A stretch of 32,000 nucleotides of DNA from an archaeon GW2011_AR10 (GTDB lineage Archaea > Iainarchaeota > Iainarchaeia > Iainarchaeales > GW2011-AR10), in contig CP010424.1 in the NCBI GenBank assembly GCA_000830275.1, forward strand, positions 60,001 to 92,000, written 5' to 3'. Position numbers and translations under genes: made by a program. The notes under the pieces were generated by a model. That model made no database searches, was not told the origin of the DNA, and saw nothing but the letters and a program-made list of their open reading frames with translations. Numbering within the stretch: the first letter of the stretch is position 1; each line of letters starts with the position of its first letter. This document shows positions 23,674-30,800 of the stretch, piece by piece.

Positions 23674-23722
23674 AAATCATCCTTGCGTCATCAGGTGTTA
23701 ACCTCATCATCGCCTATTAGAT

Positions 23723-23735
23723 AATATAGAAGATA
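23723..23735. repeat. 13-bp perfect inverted repeat, left arm AATATAGAAGATA (partner at 24541-24553)
   Basis: The reverse complement TATCTTCTATATT is found at 24541-24553. The arms lie 22 nt beyond the stop and 18 nt upstream of the start of the methyltransferase gene. Confidence 0.9.
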
Positions 23736-23757
23736 AATGATTTAAGTGGATGGGTTT

Positions 23758-24522
23758 CTATTTAACGCAAACATACTGGTGGAAATCTGCGAGTGGGTCA
23801 GCTGTCTTGTAATCTGAAAACTTTTCAACTTTTTTGAAGCCAGATTCCTTTATTAGCTGTAAAAGCTCGTTTTTTTTGAAGGGATATAAAATAAGATATC
23901 CTTTTTTTCCTGTTCTTTCGTCGGTGTACTGCATTTTGACTTTGTCGTCGCTTATCTCAACAGGTTCTCCATGCACTTTGTCGCCGCAATAGACATATTT
24001 CCTGCTGTATGAAAATTTGCCTTCTTCCAGAATTTCCTTTCTTTTGTCAAGAAGTTGCTGATAGTTCCTTTCATCAATGATTAAAATGCCCCCTTTTCTT
24101 AAAATGTGATAAAAGTTTTTGAGTGCTTTAAGTTGTTCTTTTCTTTCAAACAGGTAGGTTAATGAATTGCCCAGGCACAAGACTGCATCAAAGCTTTCTT
24201 TTTCAAGGTGTTTGTCGAGTTCAAGCCAATCAAATTCAGTTATATTTAAGTTGACTCCAGCATCTTTTGCATGACTCTTCGCTTTTTCTATGAACAATTT
24301 GTCTATGTCATTGCTCGTGACCTCCAAGCCTTCTTTGATCAAATAGAGTGAATCGGCTCCATCTCCCAGACAAGCGTCGAATACTCTTTTGCAATTAAAT
24401 CGCTTCAATTGCCGAATGAGAAATCCGTTTTCTCCTTTCCGGCGTTTTCCCCAGTCAATGAAATCGCTCCACATTTCAACAAGAATCTTTGAATTGTAGT
24501 TTCCTGGGTAAATCGGTGCCAT
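23758..24522 (-). CDS. Class I SAM-dependent methyltransferase, glycine/sarcosine N-methyltransferase (GNMT/GSMT)-like
   Basis: RVFDACLGDGADSLYLIKEGLEVTSNDID, FDWLELDKHL, FDAVLCLGNSLTYL and LKALKNFYHILRKGGILIIDERNYQQLL parallel the GNMT blocks VLDVACGTGVDSIML.EEGFSVTSVD, ANWLTLDKD, FDAVICLGNSFAHL and GGLLVIDHRNYD as recalled from memory. Confidence 0.75.
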   Translation of the reverse strand: MAPIYPGNYNSKILVEMWSDFIDWGKRRKGENGFLIRQLKRFNCKRVFDACLGDGADSLYLIKEGLEVTSNDIDKLFIEKAKSHAKDAGVNLNITEFDWLELDKHLEKESFDAVLCLGNSLTYLFERKEQLKALKNFYHILRKGGILIIDERNYQQLLDKRKEILEEGKFSYSRKYVYCGDKVHGEPVEISDDKVKMQYTDERTGKKGYLILYPFKKNELLQLIKESGFKKVEKFSDYKTADPLADFHQYVCVK

Positions 24523-24540
24523 AATAATCTTACCAGTAAA

Positions 24541-24553
24541 TATCTTCTATATT
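24541..24553. repeat. 13-bp perfect inverted repeat, right arm TATCTTCTATATT
   Basis: Exact reverse complement of 23723-23735. Confidence 0.9.
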
Positions 24554-24639
24554 TTGCTTTTGTTGCTTACCTCATCATTGCCCATAAAATTTTCCGGCAA
24601 TGCTTGTAAAAACTTTAACGTTTTGACAACTATTGTACC

Positions 24640-24733
24640 TATAGCAAGGGACATAAATAATTAAACAAATAACTGTCCCTTGCTAGTCGCAAAAGACAAA
24701 AATAAAGTTCAAAAATTAATGTCTTTTGCTATA
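24640..24733 (+). repeat. Twin-hairpin element, copy B
   Basis: Hairpin 1 is TAGCAAGGGACA (24642-24653) / TGTCCCTTGCTA (24674-24685) with a 20-nt loop. Hairpin 2 is GCAAAAGACA (24689-24698) / TGTCTTTTGC (24720-24729) with a 21-nt loop. The termini are TATAGCA...TGCTATA. Confidence 0.9.
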
Positions 24734-24786
24734 AAAGCCGAATCGGATTTTTAAGCCTTTTCCATAATGGTTTTTGGAGTGGTTGC

Positions 24787-25392
24787 TTGATAACAGAATT
24801 CCTGATTGGATTTGTTTTGCAGGCAATTTCAATGCTAGGCTATGCCGGCGTATTCCTGCTCATGCTGATGGAAAGCACAGTGCTGCCTGTTCCTTCAGAG
24901 CTGGTCATGCCTTTTGCAGGCTACCTTGTTTCAAATGGCACTTTTGGTCTTATGGAAGTGATAATTGCGTCGCTTGCAGGCAGCATTGTTGGCTCTCTAA
25001 TTTCATATTATGTTGGCAAAAGTTTCGGCAGGGCAACAATAGTGAAATTTGGCAGATTTTTTTTCCTTAACGAGCATCACCTGGGCATTGCGCACAAGTG
25101 GTTTGAAAAATATGGGGACAAAACAATCCTTGCTTGCAGGTTTGTGCCAGCGGTAAGGCACGTTATTTCACTGGTTGCCGGCACCGCTGAAATGAACCTC
25201 AAAAAATTTGTATTATACACTGCAATAGGTGCGTTCTTCTGGAATTCTGTCCTTCTTGTGGCTGGAATAATGCTGCAAAAGAACTGGGTCGAAATAACGA
25301 AGTATGCTGAATGGCTTGACATTGCAATAATTATTGGCGCAGTGGTCTTCACTGCATTCCTGGTTATAAGGCACTTGAAAAGCAGAAGATAG
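24787..25392 (+). CDS. DedA-family (SNARE-associated / VTT domain) membrane protein
   Basis: GYAGVFLLMLMESTVLPVPSELVMPFAGYL and later FVPAVRHVISLVAGTAEM are typical DedA signatures. The TTG start is preceded by the SD-like GGAGTGG. Confidence 0.85.
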   Translation: MITEFLIGFVLQAISMLGYAGVFLLMLMESTVLPVPSELVMPFAGYLVSNGTFGLMEVIIASLAGSIVGSLISYYVGKSFGRATIVKFGRFFFLNEHHLGIAHKWFEKYGDKTILACRFVPAVRHVISLVAGTAEMNLKKFVLYTAIGAFFWNSVLLVAGIMLQKNWVEITKYAEWLDIAIIIGAVVFTAFLVIRHLKSRR

Positions 25393-25404
25393 CGCTTCTT
25401 TATC

Positions 25405-25516
25405 AGCCTTTTAAGAAAATGCTGGCGAAAATGTGGCTGCGCCGAAGCCTTTTAAGAAAATGCTGGCGAAAAACTGCCTTCGGCAACAGTCTTTTAAGAA
25501 ATGCTAGGCTTTTAAA
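25405..25516 (+). repeat. Three phased repeats of AGCCTTTTAAGAAAATGCTGGCGAAAA (25405-25431, 25446-25472, degenerate 25488-25509) plus a partial GCTTTTAAA
   Basis: Copies 1 and 2 are 27/27 identical and the period is 41-42 nt. Each contains a TATA-like CTTTTAAG. Confidence 0.9.
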
Positions 25517-25551
25517 CCATAACATTTTTTTGGCACAGTTAATGATTAAAA

Positions 25552-25968
25552 ATGTGTGGTGCTTTCTACTATTGGTGCCTTATGCCGTATCTTGACGCAG
25601 CCTTATTCAACAAGAAAGCCAAGAAACACATCCTAAAGCTCATTCTTGACGATAATGACAGCATTCTTGAATCAATAAGGCGTGGAATGCTAGAAAACAA
25701 GCTCAAGGAGTGCAAGGTTGAGGATGCAAGCGGAAAAGTCAAGCACGCGGTCATTAGTTTCATGGAGGGCAGCAACTTCAAGAAAATGGACTTGCGTGAT
25801 GCAGCGATTTTGAGGGCTTCAGGCAACTTCAAGTTAAACTTCGATGAATTGTGGGGAATAATGCACATCAGCACTGCCTCCAAAAAACCAATAACTGGAA
25901 CTTTTGTGAGGGGAACAGCGGCAGAAGGATTCGAGTTAAAGCTGTCCTTCATAAAAGATGTCATTTAA
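25552..25968 (+). CDS. PPC (DUF296)-like domain protein (tentative)
   Basis: The sequence runs ILKLILDDNDSILESIRRGMLENKL...SGKVKHAVISF...ILRASGNF...GIMHIS...ITGTFVRG...GFELKL. This loosely follows the DUF296 alternation (lrl..g.dl.e.i..f....gi; Eil.l.G.i; H.H.s...; GG.l). The likely start is the Met at 25582. The mirror ORF on the minus strand looks like a shadow. Confidence 0.4.
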   Translation: MCGAFYYWCLMPYLDAALFNKKAKKHILKLILDDNDSILESIRRGMLENKLKECKVEDASGKVKHAVISFMEGSNFKKMDLRDAAILRASGNFKLNFDELWGIMHISTASKKPITGTFVRGTAAEGFELKLSFIKDVI

Positions 25969-25978
25969 ACTTTAGAAC

Positions 25979-27205
25979 CTAAGCTAAAAGCATTTTAAGC
26001 AGGCTGATCGGTGAAACTAAGTCCTTCAGCGGGGTTTCTTCGGTGAGCGTGTGTGCAATAACATTTCTAACTTCCTCTTTTTTCGCTGCCTTTCCAATGA
26101 TTGTGTTTAACAGGAACCTGTTTGTACCAAGCCTCTGCAGTTTGTAGGATGTTTGCAGCTCCTTGTCAAGGGTATCCCTCAGTCTGTCTTCGTAGCGCTG
26201 CAGGAATGCTTCCGAGAAATCGTTTGCTGCAATTGCTTCAAGAATTGTTTCGGCTGCAATCTTTCCTGATGTGAGGGCATTGCCTACTCCTTCACCGCTG
26301 AATGGGTCAATTAGGGAAGCTGCATCCCCTATCAGAACTGCGCCAGCAAAAGCACTTTTCCTGTGCTTTGACCCTAAAGGCAGAGTCCAAGCCCTGATAT
26401 CCTCTGCTATTTGCGCATCCTTGAATCTTTCCTTGAATCTCTGGTTATTTTTTATTATGTCAAAGGTTGCATCCTTTAACGAAATGCTTCTTTTTTTTAT
26501 TTGACTGAATAGCATTCCGACTCCAACGTTTGCATAACCGTTTTCCAGCGGAAAAATCCAGAAATAGCCCGGCATTATGTCTTCAACAAAGTGGATTTCT
26601 ATTTTGTCTGAAACTCCTTTGACGTTTTTGTAGTAAACCCTTGTCGCGCTGACGTAATGATTTGGGTCCACTTCATCTACACCAAGTTTTTTTGCAACTA
26701 TTGAGAGAGCACCATCAGCTCCAACAACTACCTTTGCATGGAACTCTTTCTTTTTGTTGTTTGCCAAATCGGTTCCTTTCACTCCAACTACTTTGTTTTC
26801 TTCCATTATAAGTTCGGTAACCTGAAATTGCTGCACAACAGAAGCGCTTTTTTTTGCAGCTTCAAACATGAGGTTGTCAAACACCATTCTCCTGCAGCAG
26901 TAACCGTATCCTTGTTGGCCTTTTCTTTTTGCAATCGGTATTTCTACTATGGAACCGTTGGGGGAACTCAAAGTAACTCCAAAAATTTTTGCGTGGGGCC
27001 TGCTTTCAATCTCCTTTTCTAGGTCCAGTTCCCTTAAAATGCTTGAGCTTTTGCCTGAAATTGCATCTCCGCAGGTTTTGTCTCGGGGAAACTTTGCCTT
27101 GTCAATCATCAGCACTTTTGCCCCGCCACGCGCGAGGAACTGAGCGCAACTGCTTCCTGCAGGGCCGCAGCCAACAATTATTACATCAAATTGTTCTTGA
27201 GGCAT
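25979..27205 (-). CDS. Geranylgeranyl reductase family FAD-dependent oxidoreductase (archaeal lipid saturation type)
   Basis: FDVIIVGCGPAGSS...LMIDKAKFPRDKTCGDAIS (FAD dinucleotide fold plus a conserved Cys), and later LIGDAASLIDPFSGEG. Confidence 0.85.
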   Translation of the reverse strand: MPQEQFDVIIVGCGPAGSSCAQFLARGGAKVLMIDKAKFPRDKTCGDAISGKSSSILRELDLEKEIESRPHAKIFGVTLSSPNGSIVEIPIAKRKGQQGYGYCCRRMVFDNLMFEAAKKSASVVQQFQVTELIMEENKVVGVKGTDLANNKKKEFHAKVVVGADGALSIVAKKLGVDEVDPNHYVSATRVYYKNVKGVSDKIEIHFVEDIMPGYFWIFPLENGYANVGVGMLFSQIKKRSISLKDATFDIIKNNQRFKERFKDAQIAEDIRAWTLPLGSKHRKSAFAGAVLIGDAASLIDPFSGEGVGNALTSGKIAAETILEAIAANDFSEAFLQRYEDRLRDTLDKELQTSYKLQRLGTNRFLLNTIIGKAAKKEEVRNVIAHTLTEETPLKDLVSPISLLKMLLA

Positions 27206-27274
27206 TTAATCATCCTTTAAATTTTAAGATAAAGTTAAGTATAAAAAACGTTTCTGGTGTCAAATCGTTTTGAG

Positions 27275-27826
27275 TCAGTATTCAATTCCGATTCTTGCAC
27301 CTATGCCCCTGTCAAAGGGGTGCTTTACTTTCTTCACTTCCGAGACAAGGTCGGATTCTTCAATTATTTTTTCCAGCGGCCTGTGGGAACCTGTAAGTAT
27401 AAGTTCTGTTTCAGGCCTCTTTGACTTAATCAATTCAAGCACCTCGCTTTCAGTTAATAGCCCTAACTGAACTGCGTACAGGCACTCATCCAATACAACT
27501 AAGTCAAATTTTTTAGAGGAAAGGGCCTTTTTTGCTGCTTCAATGCCTCTCTGGCACTCTTCAATGTGTGCTTTGCTGGGTTTTCCTACAACCCATTCCT
27601 TCAGCCCAAACCGTTCAAGCGAGAATCCCTTGAGCTTCCGCAGAACCATTAGTTCGCCGTATTCCTCGAAATCCTTGTTCCCTGCAATCCCGCACTTCAT
27701 GAACTGAATTAAGTGCACTTTGAAGCCCCTTCCAAGAGCCCTTACTGTTTCTCCAAGCGCAGCGGTTGTCTTGCCTTTGCCGTTTCCATAAAAAACCTGA
27801 ACCAAGCCAAAATTTTTTTCAGCCAT
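27275..27826 (-). CDS. cobA: Cob(I)yrinic acid a,c-diamide / corrinoid adenosyltransferase (CobA/CobO/BtuR type)
   Basis: P-loop YGNGKGKTTAALG, IQFMK, DLVVLDE, LILTG, and C-terminal KHPFDRGIGARIGIEY. Confidence 0.9.
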   Translation of the reverse strand: MAEKNFGLVQVFYGNGKGKTTAALGETVRALGRGFKVHLIQFMKCGIAGNKDFEEYGELMVLRKLKGFSLERFGLKEWVVGKPSKAHIEECQRGIEAAKKALSSKKFDLVVLDECLYAVQLGLLTESEVLELIKSKRPETELILTGSHRPLEKIIEESDLVSEVKKVKHPFDRGIGARIGIEY

Positions 27827-27861
27827 AAAAATTATTTGGGTGAAGCTTCTTTAAAAAGAAA

Positions 27862-30800
27862 TTAACTGCAACCGGAAGTGGTGCCGCAGTCCTCGCATAC
27901 AGTGCAGGAACCATTTCTTTTAACCCTCATTGAACCGCATTCAGTGCACTGTTCGCCGGTATAGCCCTGGCTTTTAGCTCCTTTAAGCAGGCTTTCCTTT
28001 TCACTGCCCACAGTTTCAGTTTTGTCAAAAGAAACGCCTGCATCTAGGAGGGGATTCTTCTGAACAGTTTTAGGTTCAGCTCCATGGTCCATTGTTTTAA
28101 CGTGCACAAAATCTTCCCTGCCCAAATACTCGTGCCCTAATGCCCTAAAAATGTAGTCAAGGATTGAGGTGGAGTTCTTTATTTTTTCGTGGCCTGTAAC
28201 CATTCCAGCTGGCTCAAACCTTGTGAAAGTGAATGAATCCACAAACTCCTCCAAAGGAACACCGTACTGCAGTGACTTCGAAATTGCTACGGCAAAGCAG
28301 TTCAGCAGCGCGCGGTAAGCTGCTCCCTCCTTGTACATGTCAATAAAGATTTCTCCAAGGCTGCCGTCCTCGTATTCGCCTGTTTTAAGGAAAACCTTGT
28401 GGCCGCCAACTGTTGCCTCCTGCACGAAGCCGTGCCTCTTGAATGGCAGCTTTCTCCGCTGCACTCTCTGCACTATTTTCTGCTGTATTTCCTTCGGCCC
28501 AATAAGCTCGTTAATGTCATCGCCTTCTCCAAGTGCAAGCAATTCATCATTTGCTTCATCAGAAATACTGTTAAGAGGCTGGCTCAGCTTGCTTCCATCG
28601 CGGTAAAGCGAAATGCATTTCAGCATCAGCTCCCAGCTCTTAACATAAGCCTCTTTTATTTCCTCAATCGAGGAAGTGGCTGGCATATTAATTGTTTTGC
28701 TGATTGAGCCTGAAATGAACGGCTGCACTGAAGCAATCATTTTGATGTGGCCCATGTGGTGAATGAACCTTTTGCCTTTCTTTCCGCACTTGTTGGCGCA
28801 GTCAAATAATGGGTAATGCTCTTCCTTCAGGTGAGGTGCTCCCTCAATCGTCATTGTGCCGCATACATACTCATTTGCTTTCTCGATCTCCTGCCTTGAA
28901 AAGCCGAGGGCCTTAAGCATGTCAAAGGCCGGAGAGTTAAGCTGTTCCTCCGTGAAGCCCAGTTGTTTGCAGAAATCTTCTCCCAGGTTCCACTTGTTTA
29001 ATGCAAACTTCAATTCGAACGCATTTTCTAGCTGCATTTCCACCATGTCAACCCTTTCATCAGTGAAACCTTTCCTTTTCAGTGCCTCGCGGTTAATTGC
29101 AGGGCACCCTTTGAGCGTGCCGTGGCCTTTAACGTATTTTTCAATCTCCTTTATTTGCTGTTCAGTGTAGCCAAGCCTCTTCAGTGCTTTCTGCAGTGAC
29201 TGGTTTACTATCTTAAAGTAGCCCCCGCCTGCAAGCTTCTTGAACTTCACCAAAGCAAAGTCTGGTTCGATGCCTGTTGTGTCGCAATCCATTACTAGGC
29301 CAATTGTTCCTGTTGGAGCAATAACCGTTACCTGAGCGTTCCTTAAACCAAACCGCTCTCCTTCATTCAATGCCCTATCCCATGATTCCTGTGCTGCTTC
29401 AAGCAAGTAGTTTGGGCACTCCTCTTGATTAATCGTGTAAGGCTTAACTGTCAAGCCCTCGTACTCGTTTTTTGGAGCATCGTAGGCTGCTCTGCGATGG
29501 TTTCTGATGACTCGAAGCATGTGCTCTCGGTTTGCATCAAATCGCTGGAAAGGGCCAAGGCAGCGCGACATCTCCGCAGAAGTAGCGTAACTCTCTCCGC
29601 AGAGAATTGAGGTAATGGCTCCAGCAATTGCCCTTGCTCTCTCTGAATCGTATGGAATGCCTAAAACCATCAGCACTGTTCCGAGGTTTGCATAACCTAA
29701 GCCAAGAGTCCTGAAGTCATGGCTTTTCTGCGCCATTTCTTTGCCCGGAAACTGCGCCATTAGAACGCTTATTTCAAGCACTACTGTCCAGAGCTTCACC
29801 GCGTGCTTGAATCCTTCAACATTGAAAATTCCGGCTTTTTCGTCCAAAAACTTTCCGAGGTTAATGCTTGCCAAGTTGCAAGCTGTTTCATCCAGAAAAA
29901 TGTACTCGGCGCAGTTGTGAACTGAAATACCGTTTGCAATAAAAGAGTTTGTCAGGGGCTCGTTTAAGTCAAAGACTCTTTGCACGCCAACATATTCCAA
30001 TAATTTTATCGTGTCATACGGCATGTCCTCATATGTTGTTACTTGTTCATTCAGTTCCTTGAGCTGTTGGAATTTTTTTGATTCAGGCATAAAGCCTATT
30101 AGCGTCTCAAACTTAATTCTGCTCGAGCGGGAAATTCTTAGGCTATGTAGTTCCCTTACTTGGTATTCTTTCAGCCCGCCTTTTCCATCAGGTAGCAGTG
30201 AAATGCTTTTTCCTGCCCTTCTGTTCTTGTACAGCTTGCTTTTTATTCCAAAGCCAATCAAAAGAACCTGGGTTCCTTTAAGCAATTCAAGGCTTGTGGA
30301 ATCAAGGGCAACATACTGTGATTTTTCGCCGTAGTTTGCCACTGTTCCGTCGCATGTAAACAGCCCCTGCAAAACATATTTTTGTTCACCGAGACTTAAT
30401 CCAAAAATGCTTTCAGAAATTGTTTTTTCATGTGATTTTTGTGACAGGTCAATAAACTTTGAAATTTTTTCAACAGCATCTTTTGCCATTATATGGAGTT
30501 TTGCACTCGTTTTTGTTTTCTGCATTGTTGCAGGATAATTTTGATTGGTTTTCCTTTCAAAATTTTTTGCATAATAATCAGAAAACTTTTTGACAATGTT
30601 TTCTTCCAAGTCTTTGTCCATCGTCAGCTGAATTTGCCCGCGTGAACCACATCCATCCCCCAAATATGCTCCAACAAGCTGGAAAAAGATTTTGTCAAGT
30701 GGCTCTTTTATTTCTGAAACATTATGTGAAGGAAGACAGACAAAATCATCTTTTGTTAATTCTGCAGCCTGCACAAAGCCCCTGTTTGCGGTAAATACTT

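Noticed and set aside
23495-23714. Possible mini-CRISPR array (a 44-nt repeat formed by the 3' and 5' modules, separating ~45-nt variable segments).
   Set aside because: There is only one complete repeat plus two half repeats. The variable parts are themselves hairpins followed by a shared ATAAA(C/T)AT motif, unlike spacers. No cas genes or leader-like region occur in the window. It is kept as a tandem structured repeat instead.
24567-24582. The second GGCAATGATGAGGTAA (minus strand) as another C/D sRNA start.
   Set aside because: No CTGA D or D' box follows before the methyltransferase ATG. It is better explained as the direct-repeat partner of 23698-23714.
25569-25964. 131-aa minus-strand ORF mirroring the 25552-25968 plus-strand ORF.
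   Set aside because: The minus-strand translation is Ser/Leu-rich and featureless. The plus-strand product has balanced charged and hydrophobic alternation, a loose PPC/DUF296 pattern, and follows a promoter-like repeat array. I chose the plus strand, with only moderate confidence.
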